From positions 62,001 through 87,144 of the forward strand of contig CAZAIK010000007.1 in the NCBI GenBank assembly GCA_964485195.1: DNA of 25,144 nucleotides, given 5' to 3'. Source of the DNA: an uncultured Methanosarcinales archaeon (GTDB lineage Archaea > Nanobdellota > Nanobdellia > Woesearchaeales > CAIVOO01). The translations under genes and the position numbers were made by a program. Shown here piece by piece: positions 8,696 through 17,329 of this stretch (position 1 is the stretch's first letter; the number at the start of each line of letters is the position of its first letter). The notes under the pieces were generated by a model that saw only the letters and a list, made by a program, of their open reading frames with translations, made no database searches and was not told where the DNA came from.

Positions 8696-8786
8696 TGTTA
8701 GCGCGCTCCGTATTCATTGTTAATTGTTGTTTATCTGAATTATTCTCTTTCGCTTCTGCAACGGAGAACTTCGCTCGGCGCTAACA
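8696..8786. repeat. Nested inverted-repeat element between convergent genes
   Basis: TGTTAGCGC (8696-8704) / GCGCTAACA (8778-8786) and inner CTCCGT (8706-8711) / ACGGAG (8761-8766). Confidence 0.6.
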
Positions 8787-8792
8787 TCTTTA

Positions 8793-9512
8793 TTACCTGA
8801 AAGCGTAACTCACTGATATCCTTGCTGTCACTGTAACTTCTCCTGGCTCCACTTGTATTAACGCTCCCTTTTCCGCAACATCTGCCATTGCAACCTCTGC
8901 CCTGTAGGGTATGAAATCATAGGAAGTGTCCCTCACTCTTGTTATCCCTGTAATCCTGACTCCGAGCCCTTCAGCAATTGAGTCTGCCTTTGCTTTTGCA
9001 AATGTCGTTGCCTTTTTGTAAGCTTCTGCCCTTGCCATCTCCCTTGTCTCCTCTTTTAGGCCGAAGTTTATTCCATATATATTATTGGCGCCGGCACCCA
9101 CTGCGGCATCGAGGATGTCTGGCACCTTCTCGATCTTGTCAGTGTCTATGCTTATGCTGTGCCTAACAGTGTATCCTGTAATTTCCCCTGAGCTTCCCCG
9201 GTAATCCCTGTTGGGATAGATGTTGAATGATTCTGTTTTGTAGTCCTTGCTTGTAAGCCCCAGGTCTTCCAGGGCAGAGTAAAGTTGGTTTGTTATTTCA
9301 GTGTTTTCAGCCTCAGCTTCCTGGGCATCTTCTGCCTGGGTTTCAACACCTATGGAGAGGGTTGCCTTGTCAGCCGGCCTTGTTATTGAAGATGTTCCTG
9401 TAACATCTATTGCCCTGTCAGATTTTTCTGTCAGCGAGAATATTGTTAATCCTGCTGTGACTATTGCCAGCACTATTATTACCGCGACAAGAATCATTGT
9501 TGTGTTCTTCAT
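8793..9512 (-). CDS. SIMPL (DUF541) domain protein
   Basis: N-terminal TM/signal, IDVTGTSSITRPADKATLSIGVET, ILDAAVGAGANNIYGINFGL, AKAKADSIAEGLG, VEPGEVTVTARISVSY. Confidence 0.92.
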   Translation of the reverse strand: MKNTTMILVAVIIVLAIVTAGLTIFSLTEKSDRAIDVTGTSSITRPADKATLSIGVETQAEDAQEAEAENTEITNQLYSALEDLGLTSKDYKTESFNIYPNRDYRGSSGEITGYTVRHSISIDTDKIEKVPDILDAAVGAGANNIYGINFGLKEETREMARAEAYKKATTFAKAKADSIAEGLGVRITGITRVRDTSYDFIPYRAEVAMADVAEKGALIQVEPGEVTVTARISVSYAFR

Positions 9513-9636
9513 AGTGCAGGAAAGCGCGCCCTTTTTTTAAATACTTTATTATTAGTTAAGCCCTTTGCCTTTATGTCATTACTATACGATAACAAAAGGG
9601 GAAAACTTTATAAAACAATGCTAAACAACAAAATTT

Positions 9637-10644
9637 ATGAGAATCCCACAAAGAATATTTTATGACGAACTTCGGCATTTCTACTCCAACCCCCCTAAAG
9701 ATAATACAGCATACTTGATGACAATACAGGATAAAGAAGGCAAACCATACACCTTTGACGTCATAAAAACACCCAGGGCAAACCTTGCCAGGGTTCTTGA
9801 GAAATCAAAGCTTTTCCTGATAGAGCATGAGGTAATAGACGACCTGGCAAGCATACCCCACGAGACAGACTACAGGGAGGTGATGTATCTTCCTTTTCCC
9901 AGGATGTTCTTCGAGTTCACAAGGCCCCTGGAGATAATGATAGATGAGGACAAGAGCAAGATGATAAAGGGAATGATGATTGGCCGCACAAAAGACGTGG
10001 AGTTCGAGCCCCCACTGATGTTCAAGGAAAAAACAGATGATGATTTCAATGTTTACTTCTTCAACCAGCAAATTCAGGACGGGGCAGCGCTTCCCGACGC
10101 TGTTTACCTCAACCTTCAGACACTCCCTGAAATTGAGTTTGTCTCTGAATTTTTCTCCTACAAGTATCATCCTGACACAGGAATCAGCAGGACCCATTCA
10201 GGCTCAACACCTGCAGGAAGAAAATATCTTGAGCAGTTCAGCCACAGGCATCCGGAAATAGCGAGGGAAAGCTTTCAAAAGCTGCTTGACCTTTGCGTCA
10301 ACACAGTAACCTACATCAACGCGGACAATGCTGTATTAAAAACAGCTGACAGGAACCCCTCAAACCTTGACCAGATTAACAGGAAAAGGAAGAAAAAGAA
10401 CAAGAAAATAATGAAGCCTTTTAAGCCGGTTAACTGGATTTACATAAAGCCAGTGGAGAACAACAATGCTGATAGCCCCTGCGGAAGAACCCTGAACTGC
10501 TCTCACGAGGTCAGGGGCCATTTCCAGAGCTACTGGTCGGGGTCAGGAGAGGGCAAGAAAAAGATAAGAAAATGGATAAAGGCTTATGAAAGGGGGCCGA
10601 GGGATTCTGAACACAGGAACAGCAGGTACAAGCTCAATCATTAA
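9637..10644 (+). CDS. Hypothetical protein with a C-terminal H-x-x-RGH motif
   Basis: 335-aa ORF with TTTATAAA at 9607; basic patch NRKRKKKNKK; HEVRGHFQSYW...KWIKAYERG. Confidence 0.75.
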   Translation: MRIPQRIFYDELRHFYSNPPKDNTAYLMTIQDKEGKPYTFDVIKTPRANLARVLEKSKLFLIEHEVIDDLASIPHETDYREVMYLPFPRMFFEFTRPLEIMIDEDKSKMIKGMMIGRTKDVEFEPPLMFKEKTDDDFNVYFFNQQIQDGAALPDAVYLNLQTLPEIEFVSEFFSYKYHPDTGISRTHSGSTPAGRKYLEQFSHRHPEIARESFQKLLDLCVNTVTYINADNAVLKTADRNPSNLDQINRKRKKKNKKIMKPFKPVNWIYIKPVENNNADSPCGRTLNCSHEVRGHFQSYWSGSGEGKKKIRKWIKAYERGPRDSEHRNSRYKLNH

Positions 10645-10964
10645 TGCCTGGCTTCCCTGCTCACAAGGCAGAGTATGCCTCCCACCAAGGTGAAAATGTT
10701 CAGGGGCGGTATGACACTGGAAACTATTCCCAAAACACCGGCCTGATGATACTTTTTCTCAGATGTTGCCTTGAAGGCAAAAACTCCGACAATAGCGCCG
10801 ATGACCTGCACCACGCCCAGGCCAAGAAATATTCCGCTCAGGAAAACAGGCATAAACTGGGCGAAGACAGCGCTCCAGATGATTATGAAAAACGCGCCCA
10901 CAAACGCCAGGATAAAACCTATGAGGATAAATATCTTGCCGACCTTTGCCTCAGTGGACTCCAT
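10641..10964 (-). CDS. Small multi-pass membrane protein (DUF4064-like)
   Basis: 107 aa from ATG 10964 (MESTEAKVGKIFILIGFILAFVG...), 3-4 hydrophobic segments. The family name is tentative. Confidence 0.75.
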   Translation of the reverse strand: MESTEAKVGKIFILIGFILAFVGAFFIIIWSAVFAQFMPVFLSGIFLGLGVVQVIGAIVGVFAFKATSEKKYHQAGVLGIVSSVIPPLNIFTLVGGILCLVSREARH

Positions 10965-11019
10965 CCTGCCTGAAAGGCAACAGGGGTTTAATAATGTTCT
11001 GCCAAAAAACACCAATACC

Positions 11020-11108
11020 TTTATAAATGACCGGCTGAACCTAGCTTTCAGGAAGAGAAGAAAAGGCCTACAGGGGGATTCTGAAAAGCCTTTTCAGAGG
11101 TTCCGTAT
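11020..11108 (+). promoter_or_regulatory. Promoter and about 60-nt leader of the L30e-nusA-S12-S7 operon
   Basis: TTTATAAA at 11020-11027; palindrome TCTGAAAAG-C-CTTTTCAGA at 11080-11098. Confidence 0.55.
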
Positions 11109-11372
11109 ATGGCAGAAGCAGAAGAGATAACAAAATTGCTGAAGTCCAAGAACTTTATCATAGGCACAAACAGGACTATCAAATACCTTAAACTTGGCAA
11201 GTTATCAAGGGTCTATGTTTCATCCAACTGCCCCAAAAACGTGAGGGAAGACATTGATTATTATGGGGGATTGTCAAAAACCCCTATAATCGAGCTAAAC
11301 CAGACAAACGAGGAGCTGGGCACCCTTTGCAAAAAGCCTTTTTTTGTTTCAGTCTTGAGCGTACTTAAATGA
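11109..11372 (+). CDS. rpl30e: 50S ribosomal protein L30e
   Basis: IIGTNRTIKYLKLGK, VYVSSNCP, NEELGTLCKKPFFVSVLSV; conserved position before nusA. Confidence 0.93.
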   Translation: MAEAEEITKLLKSKNFIIGTNRTIKYLKLGKLSRVYVSSNCPKNVREDIDYYGGLSKTPIIELNQTNEELGTLCKKPFFVSVLSVLK

Positions 11373-11782
11373 GCAGGGTAACATTTGATTCGGAAAAAAT
11401 GAAGCTCATATCGCTTTTTCAGGCGATGACAAGGGCTTCAGTCAAGGACTGCGTGGAAAACGAGGAATTGATATTCATCGTGGGCGAAGGAGAAATAGGA
11501 AAGGCCCTGGGAAAAAAGGGAATGAATGCAAGAAGAATATCGCAAATGCTGAAAAGAAAGATTAAAATAGTTGAGTTTTCCAATAACCTCTCACAGTTCA
11601 TAAAAAACCTTGTCCAGCCGCTAAGGGTGGAAAAGGTAGAGGAAAATGAGGGCGTAATCACATTGACAGCCTCGGACACCACCACAAGGGGCTATCTCAT
11701 AGGAAGGGGCGGAAGCGCACTCAGGAAACTGGAAGAAAGAGTCAAGAGGCACTTCCCCATAAAGGAAATAAAGGTAGCGTAA
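11369..11782 (+). CDS. nusA: Archaeal NusA-like KH-domain transcription factor
   Basis: [30 protein letters not shown]; lies between L30e and S12. Confidence 0.93.
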   Translation: MSRVTFDSEKMKLISLFQAMTRASVKDCVENEELIFIVGEGEIGKALGKKGMNARRISQMLKRKIKIVEFSNNLSQFIKNLVQPLRVEKVEENEGVITLTASDTTTRGYLIGRGGSALRKLEERVKRHFPIKEIKVA

Positions 11783-11783
11783 A

Positions 11784-12221
11784 ATGAGCAAAAAGCCATC
11801 AGGAATAAGGGCAGCAAAAAAGCTTGAGAGCAGAAGGAACAAGTTCAGGTGGTCCAACAAGTGGTATACCAAAAGGACTTTGGGGCTTGACAAGAAGTCA
11901 GACCCACTGAAAGGCTCTGCCCAGGCAAAAGGCATTGTGCTGGAAAAGGTGCAGCTGGAGGCAAAACAGCCGAACTCAGCTATGAGAAAGTGCGTGAGGG
12001 TCCAGCTGATAAAGAACGGAAAGCAGATAACAGCATTCGCTCCAGGAGACGGGGCAATCAAGCTCATAGACGAACACGACGAGGTCGTGGTGGAGTGCAT
12101 CGGAGGAAAGATGGGGAGGTCTATGGGAGACATTCCCGGAGTGCGATGGCAAGTCATAAAAGTAAATGACCAGTCCCTGGAAGCATTAAGAAGAGGAAAA
12201 ATAGAGAAGGCAAGAAAATAA
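11784..12221 (+). CDS. rps12: 30S ribosomal protein S12 (uS12)
   Basis: [38 protein letters not shown]. Confidence 0.98.
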   Translation: MSKKPSGIRAAKKLESRRNKFRWSNKWYTKRTLGLDKKSDPLKGSAQAKGIVLEKVQLEAKQPNSAMRKCVRVQLIKNGKQITAFAPGDGAIKLIDEHDEVVVECIGGKMGRSMGDIPGVRWQVIKVNDQSLEALRRGKIEKARK

Positions 12222-12820
12222 TGGCAGATATAAAGGCATTCAACAAGTGGGGAACAGAAGGGATAAAGGTTGAGGATCCCGGACTGAAAGATTACATCAA
12301 CCTGGAACCCAAAATCGTGCCAAAAACAGGCGCAAGATACGCAGGAAACAGGTTCCACAAGTCAAGGATATTCATTGTTGAAAGGCTGATAAACAAGGTG
12401 ATGCTCCCCGGGCACAAGGGAAAGAAGCACAACAAGAGCTCGGGCCACTGCACAGGAAAGGCAAACACAGCTTTTCAGGTTGTTGAGGAGACCTTCAGGA
12501 TAATAGAGAAAAAGCTCAACAAGAACCCTGTTGAGGTCTTTGTGAAAGCAATTGAAAACGCAGCTCCCAGGGAGGAACTTGTCACCATAGAATACGGAGG
12601 CGCGCGGTATCCCAAGGCAGTTGAGTGCGCTCCCCAGAGAAGAATTGATTTAGTGCTGAGATATTTCGTGCAGGGGGCATACCAGAAATCCTTTGGAAAG
12701 AAGAAAAGCGCAGAAAGCGCGCTGGCAGACGAGATAATAGCCGCATACCAGCTAAGCCCGAACTCAAACGCAATAGCGAAAAAGAACGAGTTGGAAAGGC
12801 AGGCAGATGCTTCGCGCTAG
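12221..12820 (+). CDS. rps7: 30S ribosomal protein S7 (uS7)
   Basis: IVERLINK, NPVEVFVKAIENAAPREE, APQRRID, LADEIIAA, KKNELERQADASR. Confidence 0.98.
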   Translation: MADIKAFNKWGTEGIKVEDPGLKDYINLEPKIVPKTGARYAGNRFHKSRIFIVERLINKVMLPGHKGKKHNKSSGHCTGKANTAFQVVEETFRIIEKKLNKNPVEVFVKAIENAAPREELVTIEYGGARYPKAVECAPQRRIDLVLRYFVQGAYQKSFGKKKSAESALADEIIAAYQLSPNSNAIAKKNELERQADASR

Positions 12821-14148
12821 TAGAGGAACCTGCCCTGAAAGTCAGGGGATATCTCTCTTTTCATAACTTCTCCATTCTTTGTTTTTACGAGGAGCTTGAA
12901 ATCATCTTTCAACCCTCTCCCTGCATTGTGGGCGAGTATAGCGCAGGGGTTATTTCTTGGGTAAAATCCTGCGATATTAACTATATTGTCAATATGGAAT
13001 TTATATTTCCTCTCAAGAAGCAGAAATACTGAATCTTGCGCATCCGGATTTATATTTCTTAAGCGGAGATATTCCATACTCTTGGGCCTGGTGGAAAAAC
13101 TTCTGAATTCAAAACCAAAATCCTGAGTTTTATGTGCGTTTAAGGGCAAATCCCCATAGTATAAAAAGACATAATTACCGAGAAAATAAGCATTTATCTT
13201 TTGTCGCGCATAATCCTTGTTCACATATATGCGTTCTTCACTGTTGTCTGTTATTGGATGTCTGAATCTTAAATTTCCATAGCTGTCAAGGGTTCTGGGC
13301 CATTTTCCTTCTAAAATCAGGCCGGCTCCCTGCCCTTCAAAAACTTCAGGACGCTCTTGCCACTTTGAAATCAGATAATTTTCAGCTTGGGACAAAAAAC
13401 TGCTTTTAGCAAAATTCCTTGATTCATCCAGTAATAAATCAAAATTGGAACTTTTTCTTTCAGCTTCCGAGGGTAGCAAGGCGATTTTTTCATTGAAAAA
13501 GTTATAAGCATAATGAGCGCCCCTATTGAATACCAATATCATAAATCTTCCCCTTCTTTTTTTAGCGTAGTAATTCTCTCCCAGTATTTTAATATTCTTT
13601 TTTACACCAAGCGGTCTTAATTCAATACCAGAGCATTTATTCAAAAAAGGTTCTTTCATAACCCTGTATGTGAAAAACTCTCCTGGCGCTCTTATCTTTT
13701 TTTCATGTATCTCACCGTATAATTCAAATCTCACAACAGCTTCATTAACCCCTCCTGCTGACAAGCGGGGATTAATCTCAACAACACTTTCAAGCGATTT
13801 CCCATAAGAAGGGGAACTAAGAATAAAATGTCTATTTCCGCAAAGATGAATCAACTTCCGTTGGTAAATCCTGCCTCCTTTCCCCTTAAAAACCGAGTGC
13901 CGGGTACCTATTTTGAATTTGCCTGAGACTAAAGCTCCCCTCTTTTTTGGATTTTCTGTATCAAAATCTATTATCAGGTGTTCCAATGCAGGCGCAAGAA
14001 AATTTGGAAAGTGTATTCCATCATCCCACAGCATTTGGTGGAAATCCACGCAGAATCTTTCTCTTTTTTTAGCATTTTCCTTCAGTTGCTTTAATAATGT
14101 TTGCTCTTTTTTTATTAATCTTTCCAGTTCTCCGGTACCTGTCCGCAT
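12817..14148 (-). CDS. Basic, beta-rich hypothetical protein, 443 aa
   Basis: Long ORF, last gene of the minus-strand operon, visibly more AT-rich than its neighbours. Confidence 0.75.
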   Translation of the reverse strand: MRTGTGELERLIKKEQTLLKQLKENAKKRERFCVDFHQMLWDDGIHFPNFLAPALEHLIIDFDTENPKKRGALVSGKFKIGTRHSVFKGKGGRIYQRKLIHLCGNRHFILSSPSYGKSLESVVEINPRLSAGGVNEAVVRFELYGEIHEKKIRAPGEFFTYRVMKEPFLNKCSGIELRPLGVKKNIKILGENYYAKKRRGRFMILVFNRGAHYAYNFFNEKIALLPSEAERKSSNFDLLLDESRNFAKSSFLSQAENYLISKWQERPEVFEGQGAGLILEGKWPRTLDSYGNLRFRHPITDNSEERIYVNKDYARQKINAYFLGNYVFLYYGDLPLNAHKTQDFGFEFRSFSTRPKSMEYLRLRNINPDAQDSVFLLLERKYKFHIDNIVNIAGFYPRNNPCAILAHNAGRGLKDDFKLLVKTKNGEVMKREISPDFQGRFLY

Positions 14149-14161
14149 TTTTTTGATTCAC

Positions 14162-15274
14162 TCACCACTTCGCACTCCACATCACGTAACCATAACTTTC
14201 CCCCTTGCTTCCCTCTTCCTGCCTGTAAACTGCCCTGAAATTTCTGTAGTCATAGCCCACTCCTGCAGTGGTTGATGTTTCTGTTTCATTGCCTGTTCTT
14301 GTCCGGTTCCATTCAGCCCCGACAAAGAAATTCCTGAATGGTTCTGGGCTTTCTACATACGCAAGAGGGTAAAGTGCCGTGTCCGCATTTATGCTCTCGG
14401 TGTTTTGAGAGCTGTCAGCTGAATGCGTTATTTCAGCACCCCAACCCCTTGTGTAATGGGTAGGCAGGAACCATTCAGCAACTCCTGCATTTTCACAGGG
14501 GGCAATGGGATACTCAGGAACTACACCGGCGTTGGTAAGCCCTCCTTCCCTCGGGGCGATGGGGTAATAAGCATCCGATTCATACAGGAGGTCGCTTGAA
14601 AGGATTATTTGTTGCAACGTTTTCTCTGCAGTGGGCTCCCAGTAAAGTTTTACCCTGTAGCCAAAGCTTCCTGTTTCATTTAATGCGACAATTCCGTACC
14701 ACTGGCTTTCCTCAGAAAGCTTGTAGCCAATTCCGAAATGATGCTCCTGCCCGGTGAAGTTGACTGCCCCGTTAACAATGGTTTCAATGTCATCCTCTAT
14801 GACAGTATTGTAAAGTCCTCCCTCTATTCTCACTCCTTTCTTTTCAATGTGCCCCTGCAATCCATAATGTGTTGTGTTGGCATTGTTCTTTGTCAGGGAT
14901 TCAACAATGGGGCCGAGGGAATGGTTGCAGTCAAAGAAGAATCTCAGCCTGGCTCCCAGGGCGCTTTGCTCTTTTTCCTCTGCCCCGGTCAATTCTGCCC
15001 TCAGCCACTTGTCTCCGTCAAAATAAACAGGAACCCTTGCCGCAGCCAGGTTTCTGTTATTTGTTTCTCCGCCAAGCTCTTCCTGCTGCTGCTCTCCCCC
15101 GAAGAAGAGGTTTTCATCATAAACCCCGAGCCTTGCCCCTCTCATCCTGAACTCACTGGCAGGCCTGTTGCTGAAGGCGAAAGCTGCGTCTGTTTTCGGC
15201 TCTGCCGTGGCGTTTCCGGCGGCAAACAAGGAAAGCATTGCCGCGCTGACTCCAGCAACAATAATCTTTTTCAT
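14162..15274 (-). CDS. Secreted protein with an outer-membrane beta-barrel-like pattern, 370 aa
   Basis: Signal peptide ending ATA|EP; many short amphipathic Gly/aromatic strands; C-terminal YGYVMWSAKW. Confidence 0.65.
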   Translation of the reverse strand: MKKIIVAGVSAAMLSLFAAGNATAEPKTDAAFAFSNRPASEFRMRGARLGVYDENLFFGGEQQQEELGGETNNRNLAAARVPVYFDGDKWLRAELTGAEEKEQSALGARLRFFFDCNHSLGPIVESLTKNNANTTHYGLQGHIEKKGVRIEGGLYNTVIEDDIETIVNGAVNFTGQEHHFGIGYKLSEESQWYGIVALNETGSFGYRVKLYWEPTAEKTLQQIILSSDLLYESDAYYPIAPREGGLTNAGVVPEYPIAPCENAGVAEWFLPTHYTRGWGAEITHSADSSQNTESINADTALYPLAYVESPEPFRNFFVGAEWNRTRTGNETETSTTAGVGYDYRNFRAVYRQEEGSKGESYGYVMWSAKW

Positions 15275-15276
15275 TT

Positions 15277-15891
15277 TTATCTGGTTTTTAGATGGTCATA
15301 ATACTCCTTTATGTCTAAGAAAAGCTGTTCAAGCCCTTTCGTATCGCAGATAGCTGTTTGTCCTGAATAAACCACCTCTTCAGGCGTGGTGGTTACATCA
15401 AAACCATTAGAATAAAACCTCCCTCTAAACCAGTCAACAAATTTTGGTTCAATAACTTCTGATAGCAAGGTTCTAATATTCCCGTATAACCCAAGTTGGC
15501 CACGATTAAGATGAAGATTCAATATTGGATGTGTAAATTTTGGTTGTCTTAAATAAGGTGAAACATTAGGAAGGTTCAGGGTTGTTCTAACACGCTCATC
15601 AACCCTGTTGATATTTACGAAAAGAGCATCCCAACTGCCGGGGCAGCTAGCAGGAAGCGCAGAAAGTGAAGTGGAAATTATCTCATCATAAACACTTCTC
15701 ATCCTCTTTGTTACTTTAAACCTTTTTTCGCTGATTTCAGGATGAGTTTCAGAGAATACTGCGCGGTTATGAGAAACATCAGAGCTGGTTAATCCAGCTT
15801 CAACTGCGGCTTTTCTGAACACCTTCCATTCCTCACCGGCAATTGCCTGTATGAGAGGGGATTCATCCTCCCAGAATGTTTGCTCAGTCAT
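15277..15891 (-). CDS. Hypothetical protein, 204 aa; possible distant paralog of 16327-17278
   Basis: ATG 15891 overlaps the upstream stop (ATGACTGA); AAVEAGL and DTKGLEQLFLDIKEY resemble the paralog motifs. Confidence 0.75.
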   Translation of the reverse strand: MTEQTFWEDESPLIQAIAGEEWKVFRKAAVEAGLTSSDVSHNRAVFSETHPEISEKRFKVTKRMRSVYDEIISTSLSALPASCPGSWDALFVNINRVDERVRTTLNLPNVSPYLRQPKFTHPILNLHLNRGQLGLYGNIRTLLSEVIEPKFVDWFRGRFYSNGFDVTTTPEEVVYSGQTAICDTKGLEQLFLDIKEYYDHLKTR

Positions 15892-16330
15892 TTCCTTCCT
15901 CCAGATTATCTTCAATTGAGCTTTTTGCAATCACTCGTTCTCTCGCACCCCTCCATTTTTCATAACCATAAGAAGCAAGGTTTGTCAGGGCAGGAATTGC
16001 CAGGGCTTCGCCATGCCCTCTCTGAATTGCATAACTATAAGCAGATATCTGAGCAACAACCAAAAGACAACCAGCTAAAACACCTAATCCTCCACATACT
16101 TTTTTATTCTCAGCGTCTAATAACAACCCTACGTTTATTAACGGCTCTATCCTTCTCTTATATGCTGGGATTGTATAAGGAATGGTAGCACATATTCCCG
16201 CAACTTTCAACGCAGTGCTAAAATCTGTCAGATGTTTCTTTTTACTCTGAAAGGAGTTCTTCAACTGCTCCTTGCTGCCCTGCAACAGCTCTTCCAGAAC
16301 TTCCCTGTTTGTTGGTTTGTATTCAGTCAT
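15884..16330 (-). CDS. Hypothetical membrane protein, 148 aa
   Basis: Hydrophobic segments GGLGVLAGCLLVVAQISAYSYAI and ALAIPALTNLASYGYE; ATGA overlap with the upstream gene. Confidence 0.78.
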   Translation of the reverse strand: MTEYKPTNREVLEELLQGSKEQLKNSFQSKKKHLTDFSTALKVAGICATIPYTIPAYKRRIEPLINVGLLLDAENKKVCGGLGVLAGCLLVVAQISAYSYAIQRGHGEALAIPALTNLASYGYEKWRGARERVIAKSSIEDNLEEGND

Positions 16331-16827
16331 TGTTTACCTTCCAGCAGTTTGTCCAGATCTGATATGTCCTGTAATACTGCTTCCAGTTTTTCTACTGTAT
16401 CAGCAGATGCTCTGCTGTTGTACCTAATCCAGCCGTTCATATTAACGAAAGCGCCCATACCCATGTTGTACCCCCTCTCTGCAAAAAAATCCCTTGCCTT
16501 GATAAGTTCAGAACATCTTTTAATAGCTTCTTCAGGAGTGCAAACTTTAACAAGGCTTGTTGAAATAATCAGCCTTAAATTTGAAACATAGTCAAGGTAT
16601 GAATATGGAGCTGGCAAATAGCTGAACTGGTCAGGCGTAAAATTAACTTTCATAAGATGTTCTGTTTTTGTAGAATCAAAACAAAATTTGCCTAAATCAA
16701 AAAGAGTTTCATTTGGTCTCCCATCTGTATATGCTAATCCATATTTTACAGCCAAATTTTCATAAAATTTGTGTTGCGAAAATTTTTCTTCTGATTCGGG
16801 TTCCTTAAGCTTGTCGCGTATTTTCAT
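16327..16827 (-). CDS. Hypothetical protein, 166 aa (tandem paralog B)
   Basis: Shares FYE..A.K.GLAY, ARDF...RGY.M and LE.VLQDISDLD.LLE with the upstream gene. Confidence 0.82.
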   Translation of the reverse strand: MKIRDKLKEPESEEKFSQHKFYENLAVKYGLAYTDGRPNETLFDLGKFCFDSTKTEHLMKVNFTPDQFSYLPAPYSYLDYVSNLRLIISTSLVKVCTPEEAIKRCSELIKARDFFAERGYNMGMGAFVNMNGWIRYNSRASADTVEKLEAVLQDISDLDKLLEGKQ

Positions 16828-17278
16828 TTTCCAATAACCTATCCAGGTCAGAAATGTCCTGCAGGACTTTTTCCAGTTGCTTGACTGTTTTTACTTTCAG
16901 ATACTTGTCCCTGTATGTGCAGAAGCCGGAATCCGTTGGGCTCAGCTCCATATGGTAGCCTCTTCCTATGAGAAAGTCCCTCGCCCTGATCATCTCAAGG
17001 CTTATTTCCATTGCTTTTTCCGGAGCGCAGTTTTCACGAATTGCTGTAGCAATAAAAAGCGGCAGGTTACGAAACCTTATCCGAGGCGGGGAAAATTCTG
17101 CTCTGATGAGATGCTTGTCCTTGGGGTCAAAATAAAATCTTCCATAACCTGAAGAACTTTTAGCAAATTCATATGCAAGACCGTGCTTTGCAGCGGCAGC
17201 TTCATAAAAAACATCTTCTGAAACCCCTTTCTCTTCAAGTTCCTTAAGCTTGCTTAACAGCTGTGTCATTTTAACCAT
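16805..17278 (-). CDS. Hypothetical protein, 157 aa (tandem paralog A)
   Basis: First gene of the operon; same shared motifs as paralog B; the start could be the second Met. Confidence 0.82.
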   Translation of the reverse strand: MVKMTQLLSKLKELEEKGVSEDVFYEAAAAKHGLAYEFAKSSSGYGRFYFDPKDKHLIRAEFSPPRIRFRNLPLFIATAIRENCAPEKAMEISLEMIRARDFLIGRGYHMELSPTDSGFCTYRDKYLKVKTVKQLEKVLQDISDLDRLLENENTRQA

Positions 17279-17282
17279 AAAA

Positions 17283-17329
17283 GGAGTGGCAGCCCTTAGA
17301 AAGGGCAGTCAGCTGGAATTTACCACTCC
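17283..17329 (-). promoter_or_regulatory. Structured 5' leader of the minus-strand operon
   Basis: Transcript GGAGUGGUA...GCCCUU-UCU-AAGGGC-UGCCACUCC-UUUU-AUG; minus-strand TATAAATA at 17360-17367. Confidence 0.5.

Noticed and set aside
10644..11130. Plus-strand ORFs 10644-10973 and 10771-11130 as a possible rpoA'' remnant before rpl30e
   Set aside because: No RNA polymerase motifs; antisense to a credible membrane protein gene.
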